Source of the DNA: Candidatus Kapaibacterium sp.
Lineage (GTDB): Bacteria > Bacteroidota > Ignavibacteria > Kapaibacteriales > UBA2268
Length of the DNA: 64,000 bases
Assembly (NCBI GenBank): GCA_963664875.1
Contig: OY761611.1
Location: forward strand, 768,001 to 832,000
Direction of reading: 5' to 3'
Part shown: positions 30,028 through 39,582 of the stretch, one piece after another
How the letters are laid out: each line of letters opens with the position of its first letter
Numbering within the stretch: position 1 is the first letter of the stretch
Notes under the pieces: model-generated
The model's input: the letters and a program-made list of their open reading frames with translations, nothing else
Databases searched by the model: none
Told to the model about the DNA's origin: nothing
Translations under genes and position numbers: made by a program

Positions 30028-33000
30028 TTATTTCACTACATTTACTTTACGTGTGATTACGTAGCCGTCTAATTCGATTACTAATGTGTAGCTGCCGCTT
30101 GTCAAGTTTGATGCGTCGATTGTTACTTCGCTGCCGTCAAAGTTGCCCTTTGCGTATTCTACTACTTTGCGTCCGCTCATGTCGCTTAAGTAAATGTTTG
30201 CTGTGCTTGCGCCGCTTACTTTTACTTTAGACTGTGCACTTACAGGATTTGGTGTTACTTCGCCTACCATCAAGTTGTTTGGTGCGCTTAGTTCCACTTC
30301 TTCGATTTCGCTGTATTCGAATTTTCCGCTGCGTTCTATCATTTTTAGTCTGTATGCATATTTTTTGCCTAATTCTACGCCGTAATCTGCTGTGTTGTAG
30401 TTGCGTACTGAGTGGCTTGTGCCGCTTGCGCTTACTTCTGATACTTTGCTGAATAGGTCTGCATAGCCGTCTGTAATTTCTGTTCTTTCTACTTCGAAGC
30501 GGTCACTTTCGATTTCTGATAAAGTTGACCAGTTCAAATCTACTCGGTTGCCTACTGCTTTTGCATCAAATGTTGCCAATTCGATTGGAATTATGATGCC
30601 GCCGTTTGCTTCTGCGAAGTCAAATACGCTTCTTAGCATTTTTTCGATGTCTGCTATGTGGCGCCAGTCTGCTCCTAAGTAGCATATATTTGTTCCGATT
30701 GTTGTTGTGGCTACACCCATGATTTTTTCTTCCGGTAACAATGTGCTTGTGCCGTTTAGTTCATTTGTGTAGTAGTATGCCAACTTAACTCTACCTTCGC
30801 CGCCGTCCCACATGTCAACTAATGCTGGGTTTGGTGCTGCGTCGCCTACGAAGTTTGTTGGTGCTATTATGTTTGTTAGGTTTCTGCCTACGCTGCTGCC
30901 GGTTACTTCTGTGTAGTCGATTACTTCAGGATTTGCTTTTACGCGGTCTGTAGCTCTGAATAAATCGCGTGCTACTACGCCGTTGTTTCTGATCATTTCC
31001 TGTGATGCTAAAATCAAGTTTTTCTTATCGATTGAAGTTCCGTTTGCAAAGTAGTTTTCTATGTCTAATTGTTCGTAACGTGATAATTTTACATCTGCAT
31101 CGCCCATCACATCGTGTGCGTCTGACCATACTACTGTGCGGTAGTGACCATAATCTATGGCTCTTGCTTCCCAGTTGTTTCTGTCTAATACGTCATAGTC
31201 GATTGTGTCGTTGGCGATTGTTGTTGCTGTCGGATTGATTGCTACTTTCCAGCCTACAAAGCTCAAACCGTTTACTACGCGGTCGTGGTTCAATTTACCT
31301 GCGATTTCTGTTAGGCTTGGTGTGTTGCTCAAGTCTGCATTTACATATTGGCTGCTTACCAACATGTTCATCCATGAGCGGCGAATGAAGAATCTTACGA
31401 TTTTTGATGTTTCGTTGTTTGTGTTGTCTTCATCGCTTTCTGTTACTATCATTATTTTGTAGCGTGGTGTTACGTTTGCTGTCATTTCTGAATATACTTC
31501 AGGTACTGATGCTGCATAGCTTGGGTTCAAACGCAAGTCTGCATACGTTTCTGGTACAAATTCCAAGCCTTTGCCATCGGCAAGGTTGAAGTTTACATCA
31601 ACGTATTCATAAGTTGTTGCATCTACTTTTACTGTTTGTTCGTAGTCCGGTGCTGCACCGAATGTACCATTTGGCAATTCACGATAGATTTTTACTGTTA
31701 CTTCTGAGCCTGTTTGGAATAAGCTACCGTTGTTTCTCAAACGTGCACTTACTTCTACAGGGGCTTCTGTCATGATGTGTTCTGCATCTGCAAAGATACC
31801 TTCTGTTGCACGGTATGATGCAGGTGCTGTGATTGTAGTTGATTCCATATCGCTTACATATACGCGTCCGTTAAATTCTAACGCACCGATGTCGTATCTC
31901 TGACCTGCTTCGCCGCGTACTTTGCCTGTGATGTCGCTTGTTGTTACATCTAGGATATCGCCACGGTTATTTAGTACTGAGTTCAATGGCATTGGGTTTG
32001 ATTTAACGCGTAAGTTCTGTGGATTTGTTCCTACAAATGCGTAATCTGTCATGAATTTTGAATATACTGAGTATTTGTCTGCTCCTGCCCATGCTTGCCA
32101 TTGTGCCAATGTTTTGTATTCATTGATTGCTGCATCTGACAATTTGTTGCCGGCTGCATCTGTTTCTATCCAACGGTAAACTGATGATGCTGAGTTTTCT
32201 GTCCAATATACGTTGCGGTCAGAAATTACGCCTGCCTCTTCCATTGAAGGTCCTTGGTAGAACACGCATGCTGATACAGGGCAAGTTGCTGCATAGTCGT
32301 TATCCATTGTTGCGATTGCGTTGTTTTTGAGTACTGTACCCATTACGTTTTGAAGACCTACGCCCATTACTGCACGTGTGTTCATTACGCCGTCATCGCC
32401 GTTTACTATGATTGTATTATTTACGATTGCGTCATTTCTTGAGAAGTAATCTGACTGCAATGGTGAGTCAAAACTGTTGCGTTGTGTGAATACGTAAATA
32501 CCTGCTCTTGCTGTATTTGCGTCGTTTGGCAACAATTCCCATACGATGTTACCTGCGATTACCATTGATTCAGGATTTACCGGGAATGTTGTAAGCAAGC
32601 TACCTTCGATTAGCTGTTGTGGTGATTGCTCTACGCGAATACCACTTACCATGCCTGTACCGCTGATGCTGCTGATTTCGTTGTTCAATATGTTTACCAT
32701 ACGGTTGTTGTAGCCGAAATAGCCACGTGCTGACTGACCGCCTGCCATGATACCTGCTGCGTCAAGGCCTGTGCAACCGCCTTCGATGTCATATATTCTG
32801 TTACCGCTGATTTCTGTGTGTTTTTCATGACCTACAAAAACGCCTGCGCGGCCTACATTATGAATTACGTTGTTGCTGATTACGTTGTTTTCGTTGAAAT
32901 GCTCTACGTTATGGCCTAAACCTTGTACGAGCAACTGACCGATACCCATAGAAGCAACACCATAAGCGAATCCGCTGATTTCGTTGTTCATGATTACGTT

Positions 33001-35484
33001 GTTTGCATTTACAAGGGTATCAAGACCGTCTGTGTTTGCATTGAATTTTTCGTTAATCGGTGCTTTACTGCGCATCACGATACCGGCTGTGTAAGCCAAT
33101 GTATTTGAGCGTTTGTCTGCTTCGTATTTGAAGCCGCCCTGTGCTGCTGAATATACTGTCAATGGCAATGAGCATTTGAAGCTGCCTGCATCTGTACCTT
33201 CGATTATACAATTTTTGATTGTATTGTTTGATGCACCGTTACCCAAATAGAACACTGCTTTGAATGGTTCGTCTGTGTCTAATGTGAATTTGATTGATTT
33301 CTGGCTGCCACCATCAAATGTGATGTAACCCGGTGAATTTGCATAGTCACGTTTCAATGTTGCTCTTACTACATTAATTGCTGCTGCTGCATTGCTGTGC
33401 TCTGCTGCCTGGGCAATGAACACACCAATACCGTTACCGCTTTTCATGTTAATTGTAATTGAACCTTTGCTCACTGCACGGCTTTGTGATGGTTTGAACA
33501 CGATTGGGTGATCTTCGCCGCCGCCGATGATGTGTGATGACAAGTCCATTGCAGGATTTTGGCCAATTTTGCTACCTACTGTGTATGATGCATCTGTCAA
33601 TTCAAATGTTACAGGACCGTAAACACCTGATTCATATATCATATCCAATGCATCTTGGATTGTAGCAAAGTTACGTGTGCTTGATGAGTTTGTTGTACCG
33701 ATTGTGTATGTACCTGACAAGGAGTTAATAACTGTGAATGTTGTTTCATACATATCATTAGCTTTATTGTCATCTGTTGTTAGTGATGTATATACTTTGG
33801 CTGTATATGTGCCTGCCATTGCAGGGATAAATTCTACAGGCAAGTATTCTTTCATTGTGTTGTATAAGCCTGATGGTACTACTTCTACTTCGAAGTCTTC
33901 ATCATAAACTACTGCGCCGTTTGGTGCTTTGATTTGCAATTTTGTCGGTACGTTAGATAAGTCAAGAATACCGTTGTTTTTTAATTCGATTCTTGGGATT
34001 ATCGGACGACCTACATAGTTATTTGAGCCTACAGGTGCGATTACTGCTATTGGCTGTGCATCGCGTTGGTATGCTACTTCAAATACGTGTGCAGCCTGGC
34101 CAACTTTTGGATATACGTTGTTTGCAGGTGCTTCGTCAAATGCACTTATCAATTCCACTTCAAATTCGATGCGGAAATTACCAACACCGTCTTTGGCTCT
34201 GTATGGATCTAATTCCATTACTGTCAAATCGCCTGTTGATAGTGGTGCTGATGTATTTTTCCAGCGTTCTGACGTTTCGAATACAGGATTTGTTCCGTTT
34301 TCAGGATATACTTTTGCTGTGATTTCAAATTCGCTTACATCATAAAGACCTACGTTTGTTACTGTTGCTGTGATTGGAACAGGAACGTTTTTGCCATATT
34401 TCATTTTTGGCATTTTGATTGGTTTTCTTACTGATGTAATTGCAATATCATTGTCGATTGCGATTACAAAATCTTTATATTTTGTAAGTGTCATAGGCTG
34501 ACCTTCAAAGGTGAAGCTTAGCTCAGCTATTGCACGGTATGAACCACCTTCGATTTGCAACTGATTTGTCTGTAAATCAAACACACCTGTGTTGTCAGGA
34601 TTTGCTGTGCCACCTACGTTGTCAGGGTTGTTTGCATCATATTCTGCTGCCAAACCTGTTGCATGAGTTACTGTCATTCTTGCAACTTCGCCTAATGGCT
34701 GCGGGTTTGGTGTAATTAAGTTAGATGCTACATTGCCTTCTACTTTTGCTTCATAAACTACTGTTTCTAATGGCAAAGGGCCAATTACTTTGTATTTATA
34801 AGATATGTTTGGCATGCCATCTACGCGTTTTACGTCAACCCATGGTTGTCCCATTTTGTAGCCACGTGAAAATACGGCTACGCCATCTTCGGGATTCTCT
34901 GGGAAGAGATCAACGATATCCGGTGTCTTTGGTTTTACAATTAGGGTATAGTCAAGTGCTTGCCCATATCCATATGTACCGCAACCAGTGTTTAAGAAAG
35001 TATTATCATAGCTGTATTCTGTATTAAGGAGTCTCATTCTGTACTCACCACCATCTACATCTTGTGGTATTTGGATGGTAACTTGATGCAAACTTGCGTA
35101 ATTAGGAGATTTCCAAATCATTTCATTTTCATCTTCAAAATCTCCATCATAGTTGAAATCAACGAGAATAGAAACTCCGTTTTGATATTCATAAGTGTCG
35201 TAAGTCAACCAATAAAAACCGGTACACTCGAAATCCACCATGTCCCCGGCAGTAACAGTTAGTGTAGGATGAGATGCTGTCAAGTCTGCATAGCCTATAT
35301 TTATAAATTCAGCATCGGAGTTCAAAAAATCTTCTCCGTTGAATTTGATTGTAATGAAACAATCGGGGCTTGTTCCATATGCAGTACAAGCAGCAGGTGG
35401 AGTTGCCCAAACCTGCAGAGTAGTAACTATGGCGATAGCCACTACTGCGAAAATACTTTGTAGGAATCTTTTCATAAGACTCAC
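30028..35484 (-). CDS. Large secreted surface protein (GEVED-like N-terminus, CARDB/Ig-like domains, parallel beta-helix, T9SS-type CTD)
   Basis: Signal peptide; VDFNYDGDFED..E...GEYRMR...GQALDYT; GTYTIG...FATIQDA; N-rich PbH1 repeats; IPIELATFDA; TPNP...LTSGSY..KVNVVK. Confidence 0.8.
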   Translation of the reverse strand: MSLMKRFLQSIFAVVAIAIVTTLQVWATPPAACTAYGTSPDCFITIKFNGEDFLNSDAEFINIGYADLTASHPTLTVTAGDMVDFECTGFYWLTYDTYEYQNGVSILVDFNYDGDFEDENEMIWKSPNYASLHQVTIQIPQDVDGGEYRMRLLNTEYSYDNTFLNTGCGTYGYGQALDYTLIVKPKTPDIVDLFPENPEDGVAVFSRGYKMGQPWVDVKRVDGMPNISYKYKVIGPLPLETVVYEAKVEGNVASNLITPNPQPLGEVARMTVTHATGLAAEYDANNPDNVGGTANPDNTGVFDLQTNQLQIEGGSYRAIAELSFTFEGQPMTLTKYKDFVIAIDNDIAITSVRKPIKMPKMKYGKNVPVPITATVTNVGLYDVSEFEITAKVYPENGTNPVFETSERWKNTSAPLSTGDLTVMELDPYRAKDGVGNFRIEFEVELISAFDEAPANNVYPKVGQAAHVFEVAYQRDAQPIAVIAPVGSNNYVGRPIIPRIELKNNGILDLSNVPTKLQIKAPNGAVVYDEDFEVEVVPSGLYNTMKEYLPVEFIPAMAGTYTAKVYTSLTTDDNKANDMYETTFTVINSLSGTYTIGTTNSSSTRNFATIQDALDMIYESGVYGPVTFELTDASYTVGSKIGQNPAMDLSSHIIGGGEDHPIVFKPSQSRAVSKGSITINMKSGNGIGVFIAQAAEHSNAAAAINVVRATLKRDYANSPGYITFDGGSQKSIKFTLDTDEPFKAVFYLGNGASNNTIKNCIIEGTDAGSFKCSLPLTVYSAAQGGFKYEADKRSNTLAYTAGIVMRSKAPINEKFNANTDGLDTLVNANNVIMNNEISGFAYGVASMGIGQLLVQGLGHNVEHFNENNVISNNVIHNVGRAGVFVGHEKHTEISGNRIYDIEGGCTGLDAAGIMAGGQSARGYFGYNNRMVNILNNEISSISGTGMVSGIRVEQSPQQLIEGSLLTTFPVNPESMVIAGNIVWELLPNDANTARAGIYVFTQRNSFDSPLQSDYFSRNDAIVNNTIIVNGDDGVMNTRAVMGVGLQNVMGTVLKNNAIATMDNDYAATCPVSACVFYQGPSMEEAGVISDRNVYWTENSASSVYRWIETDAAGNKLSDAAINEYKTLAQWQAWAGADKYSVYSKFMTDYAFVGTNPQNLRVKSNPMPLNSVLNNRGDILDVTTSDITGKVRGEAGQRYDIGALEFNGRVYVSDMESTTITAPASYRATEGIFADAEHIMTEAPVEVSARLRNNGSLFQTGSEVTVKIYRELPNGTFGAAPDYEQTVKVDATTYEYVDVNFNLADGKGLEFVPETYADLRLNPSYAASVPEVYSEMTANVTPRYKIMIVTESDEDNTNNETSKIVRFFIRRSWMNMLVSSQYVNADLSNTPSLTEIAGKLNHDRVVNGLSFVGWKVAINPTATTIANDTIDYDVLDRNNWEARAIDYGHYRTVVWSDAHDVMGDADVKLSRYEQLDIENYFANGTSIDKKNLILASQEMIRNNGVVARDLFRATDRVKANPEVIDYTEVTGSSVGRNLTNIIAPTNFVGDAAPNPALVDMWDGGEGRVKLAYYYTNELNGTSTLLPEEKIMGVATTTIGTNICYLGADWRHIADIEKMLRSVFDFAEANGGIIIPIELATFDAKAVGNRVDLNWSTLSEIESDRFEVERTEITDGYADLFSKVSEVSASGTSHSVRNYNTADYGVELGKKYAYRLKMIERSGKFEYSEIEEVELSAPNNLMVGEVTPNPVSAQSKVKVSGASTANIYLSDMSGRKVVEYAKGNFDGSEVTIDASNLTSGSYTLVIELDGYVITRKVNVVK

Positions 35485-35809
35485 CTATTAGTTTAACAAA
35501 CAAGAATATATTCTGTCATGTAATATATTTAGAATGCAATATATATAAACCATAACACAATCTCAACCGCTTTGTTACAGTGTTTTTATTCTTTTTTCAA
35601 CACCCAAACACTTTGCATTGCATTATAACTTCAGAAACAATTACTTCCGCAACTTTTACAGACTTATTTTGATTTGTATAACTTCATAGCAATATATTTT
35701 ATAAGACTATTTGGAATGCTTTATCTGTTTGTATGTAATCTATTTTGTCTTTTTTTTTATTGTTTTTTGTTTGTAGTTTGTTTGCACTTAGTATTTAAAA
35801 GGTATTGTT

Positions 35810-36937
35810 ATGAAAATGGATATATACAAAATTGGCGGGATTGTTTTTAGAACGCCTCAGGGCTTTGAAAGCCTTAAGGAAGTTCTCAATAATCAGAATC
35901 AAAATACTTTTATTGTTGTGTCAGCCATAGGGAAAACATCTCGTAACTTGCGAAGCTGCATAAACTTTGCTGCTGCAGGGAAGTTTGAAGAATCGATTGA
36001 TATGGTTGACTCTATTATAGACTTACATGAATCATTGGCAGATTCGATTCTTTCTGAAATAAATCGAAAAGCTTACGACTCCTTTTTGAATAATAGGAAA
36101 AATTTATTAGCCGAAAAACTAAAAGGACTTAGCTTGATTAAGGATATTAGTCCCTCAATTTCTGATTATATTTTGGCTGAAGGCGAGAATTTAGCTTTAC
36201 AACTCATTTATTTATTTATTGAAGAACACTTTTCTTCTATTACAAAACTCTCTTCGGAACAACATATTGTTACAAATAATAACTATGGGAAAGCAATACC
36301 TCAACGAGAAATTTGTATTGATTTGATTCAAAATTCTATCAAAATTTTTCCCACAAAATTTTATATGATGCAGGGTTTTTCTGGCATTTCTTTAGAAAAA
36401 AAATTATCAACAATGGGTTTTGAAAGTTCAAACCTTACCGCATGTATTGTAGCGGCTGCAGCTGATGCAAAAGAACTGGTAATATGGAGCGATGTTGACG
36501 GAATTTTTGGAATAGATCCTAAGTTTGCTCCTTCTCGTCAGTTGGATCACTTGTCTCTTGAAGACGCTAAAAAATTGGCATTAGAAGGCTTGAAGTTGAT
36601 TTACTTACCAATGATAGAATATTCGAAAGAGTATGGATTTGATATTCGAATTAAAAACATATATAATCCTAATGCCCAAGGCACTCTAATTTCTTACGAT
36701 GTAAAAACGGATGATTTCCCTGTTATAGTCATGAAAGAGGATGGTGCAACAGATTTGGAATTATCTATAAATTTTATTGATTACACAAAAGCATTGTTCC
36801 TATTAAGTCAATTAACTAATAAACAAGTCTTTACTTCGGAATATAGGTATATGGACAAAAAACTTCAACTCCGATTCGATAACTCGACTATTTCCAATGT
36901 TGCATTATTAAAGGAAATTGGTAGTATTTTGTATTAA
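35810..36937 (+). CDS. Aspartate kinase-like protein (divergent, no clear ACT domains)
   Basis: IYKIGG, IVVSAIGKT, LAEGE, MQGF.G, IWSDVDGIF..DP. Confidence 0.75.
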   Translation: MKMDIYKIGGIVFRTPQGFESLKEVLNNQNQNTFIVVSAIGKTSRNLRSCINFAAAGKFEESIDMVDSIIDLHESLADSILSEINRKAYDSFLNNRKNLLAEKLKGLSLIKDISPSISDYILAEGENLALQLIYLFIEEHFSSITKLSSEQHIVTNNNYGKAIPQREICIDLIQNSIKIFPTKFYMMQGFSGISLEKKLSTMGFESSNLTACIVAAAADAKELVIWSDVDGIFGIDPKFAPSRQLDHLSLEDAKKLALEGLKLIYLPMIEYSKEYGFDIRIKNIYNPNAQGTLISYDVKTDDFPVIVMKEDGATDLELSINFIDYTKALFLLSQLTNKQVFTSEYRYMDKKLQLRFDNSTISNVALLKEIGSILY

Positions 36938-36942
36938 TTTTG

Positions 36943-38370
36943 TTATGAGCGTGAGGAAAAATTCTTTATAAAAGCAAAGTTCTCGTAGTTAACCCTTATA
37001 GTCAGATAAATACCGAGAGCTAAAAGAAAGAAGCTGCCTCCCCACATCGACCAAAAAGGAGATACGATTCCTTCATCTCCGAGCTTTTCTCCACCAATCA
37101 GAAACACCCAATAAATAATATAAAATCCTAAAGATATCGCGGCACTGATTCCAAAGTTGCCTCCTTTGGTCATTACTCCGAGAGGGCAACCAACTAAAAC
37201 GAAAATCAGGCAGGACAGCGGCATCGAATATTTTTTGAAAATTTCTACCTGATATGCTGCAGCACGGCTTGTATAAGAATCAATTCTTGATTTGTTGGAG
37301 CTCAAAATGCCAAACATTGTTGTAAGCTGTTGAGAAATGCTCCTGAATGTAACAGATGAGTCATGAACCTGATTGACAGATAATAATCTATGTTCGGTTT
37401 TTGTGGTATTTGTATCTCTCAGAGCGGATATTACATTCTGGTTGCTAATATCACTATCAACTATTTTTTCTTTTTCTCTTTTACCAGTCAAAATATATGC
37501 GAGATGCGCATCTAACAACTTTTCACTTATATCTGCAAGCGAATCTGCGTTTCTGAGGTTCCCTTCTGATATTAGTTCCATAGCTTTAATCGGAAGCTCT
37601 CTTTCGCCTTTGCTAATATCACCTTCCTGCGTTCTTTCCAATTCGAAACCTTTGGCAGGTACTGAGATATTATACTCTTCGAAAGTTATTATTTTGTAGT
37701 CATGTGGCGATTCTTTTTTGAATCTGTGTATCTCGCCGTGATACAAATCAATACTCAGCTTTCCCCCACCGGGAGCAGATTTGATAACCCCAGAGTCAGC
37801 AGAAATAATATTTTCTTGTTTATATCCACCTGATTTGTCGTAAATAGTTACTGCATACAGATTGCCGTTTGAAGAATCTACCCTTTGCGGAAAAATCGTA
37901 AATCCATCTAAATCCGAAGATACTTTACCGGATTCTAAAGCAAATGTTGGTCGTAAGCGATGCAAATCCATAATCAGGGTTTTGAGTCTATGATTTGTAT
38001 CGGGCAACACATAATCATTGAACCAAAACATTGCACCTGAAATTACTATCCCAAAAAAAACCGGATACCTCATCATCCTAATCAGGCTGCCACCGCTTGC
38101 TTTGACAATTGTTACCTCACTTGTAGAAGAAAGATTACCAAATGTCATAAGACAGGAAAACAGAACACCCATGGGCACAGCTAAAACTAAAATCCAAGCT
38201 AAAGTTAGAGTCAATAACTCTCCAATCACCATTAGCTGAATACCTTTGCCTAAGAGATTGTCTAACTCTTTCATAATAAACTGCATAAGGAACAAAAACA
38301 TAACTGTTCCTACCCCAAACAAGAAAGGTGCTGTAAGGTGTTTGACTATATATCTATCTATAATTTTCAT
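36943..38370 (-). CDS. lptF: LPS export ABC permease LptF
   Basis: MKIIDRYI..., LAVPMGVL..LMTFGNLS..SEVT..KASG, VEIFKKYSMP..C.IFVLVGCPLG. Confidence 0.85.
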   Translation of the reverse strand: MKIIDRYIVKHLTAPFLFGVGTVMFLFLMQFIMKELDNLLGKGIQLMVIGELLTLTLAWILVLAVPMGVLFSCLMTFGNLSSTSEVTIVKASGGSLIRMMRYPVFFGIVISGAMFWFNDYVLPDTNHRLKTLIMDLHRLRPTFALESGKVSSDLDGFTIFPQRVDSSNGNLYAVTIYDKSGGYKQENIISADSGVIKSAPGGGKLSIDLYHGEIHRFKKESPHDYKIITFEEYNISVPAKGFELERTQEGDISKGERELPIKAMELISEGNLRNADSLADISEKLLDAHLAYILTGKREKEKIVDSDISNQNVISALRDTNTTKTEHRLLSVNQVHDSSVTFRSISQQLTTMFGILSSNKSRIDSYTSRAAAYQVEIFKKYSMPLSCLIFVLVGCPLGVMTKGGNFGISAAISLGFYIIYWVFLIGGEKLGDEGIVSPFWSMWGGSFFLLALGIYLTIRVNYENFAFIKNFSSRS

Positions 38371-38511
38371 TAGTAAACTCGTAGTTTTGTGCTTTTTCAA
38401 ATATATGATTTTCTCGAAACAAAATAATTCATATTATTTATTTGGAATATATTTTATTGTTTAATATCTTTGTATCTCAATATAGTATATAATCAAAGAA
38501 AAGGAAATACA

Positions 38512-38880
38512 ATGTACACGGTTTTGATGATTTTGACTCTATTAGCATCTGTGTTGCTAATTTTAGTTGTCTTGGTGCAACCAGGTAAAGGCGAAATGAT
38601 TTCAGGAATGAGCGGTCTTGGCGGTGCAATGAGTTCTGCTTTTGGCTCGACTCGAGCAGTAAAAGGCTTACAAAAACTTACTATATACCTCGCAGCAATC
38701 ATAGCAGGCTTAGTGCTTGTTATCAATTTATTCTTCGTAGGTCAGAGCGGTACATCAAACGCTCCTAAACCTGTAACAGAAGGTGCAGCAGTTCCTGTAA
38801 CTGAACAAACTACTCAAACTCCTGTTGCTAAACCTCAGGTTGAAAAAACTCAAGAAGCTCCGGTTGAAGAAGCAAAATAG
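38512..38880 (+). CDS. secG: Preprotein translocase subunit SecG
   Basis: LLILVVLVQPGKG...SSAFG...LQKLT. Confidence 0.88.
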   Translation: MYTVLMILTLLASVLLILVVLVQPGKGEMISGMSGLGGAMSSAFGSTRAVKGLQKLTIYLAAIIAGLVLVINLFFVGQSGTSNAPKPVTEGAAVPVTEQTTQTPVAKPQVEKTQEAPVEEAK

Positions 38881-38909
38881 TCTAATAAAATATATAAATA
38901 TTTTTGTTC

Positions 38910-38946
38910 GAGCTGTGTCTTTTTTAAAGATACAGCTTTTTTTTTC
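38910..38946 (+). terminator. Intrinsic terminator after secG
   Basis: AGCTGTGTCTTT..AAAGATACAGCT followed by poly-T. Confidence 0.7.
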
Positions 38947-39003
38947 TATTCCTGTGACAAAATGCTGCTTAAATTGTTTATATATAAAAGCGTATGAGGG
39001 GTA

Positions 39004-39582
39004 ATGCCGGACAATATGAAAAATATTACTGACGAAGTCTTATATTCTATGTTAGCTAATAAAGACGGAAGCGAAAAATCCGCCTTTGATGAGCTATATA
39101 GTCGCTATGCGTCAAAAATATATTCCTATTGTCTAAAAGTTATGGCAAGCGAAGAGACAGCCCAAGATATTTTTCAGGAAGCATTCACAAGAGTTTTTGA
39201 GAGTGCGAAAAAAAATACTTCGATGCAAAATTTTGCCGGATTTTTTATAAAAATCACTCGAAATCTATGCTTAAACGAAAAATCTAAAAAGCACCATAAG
39301 AATATTGAATTAGATGATTTCCAGTTTCCGGTTTACGATAAGTCATACGCACAAAAAGAATTGCTGGATTTGCTACAGATTACTGTAGATGAATTGCCGT
39401 TAGAATTCAAAGAAGCTTTTATACTCAAAGAATACATGAATATGAGCTACAAAGAAATAGCCGAAGAACTAAATTTGAGTGTTTCTACGGTTAGGATTAG
39501 AATATACCGAGCCAGATTGAAAATTAAAGAAATCATGGCTCCATATATAAGCGATATACAAAAAGGTGAAAACAATGTTTGA
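39004..39582 (+). CDS. ECF RNA polymerase sigma factor
   Basis: AFDELYSRY, AQDIFQEAF, RNLCLN, MSYKEIAEELNLSVSTVRIRIYRAR. Confidence 0.93.
   Translation: MPDNMKNITDEVLYSMLANKDGSEKSAFDELYSRYASKIYSYCLKVMASEETAQDIFQEAFTRVFESAKKNTSMQNFAGFFIKITRNLCLNEKSKKHHKNIELDDFQFPVYDKSYAQKELLDLLQITVDELPLEFKEAFILKEYMNMSYKEIAEELNLSVSTVRIRIYRARLKIKEIMAPYISDIQKGENNV

Noticed and set aside
30194-35503. Many antisense ORFs over the large secreted-protein gene
   Set aside because: These short opposite-strand or alternate-frame ORFs lie within a long credible gene and have no independent coding signal.
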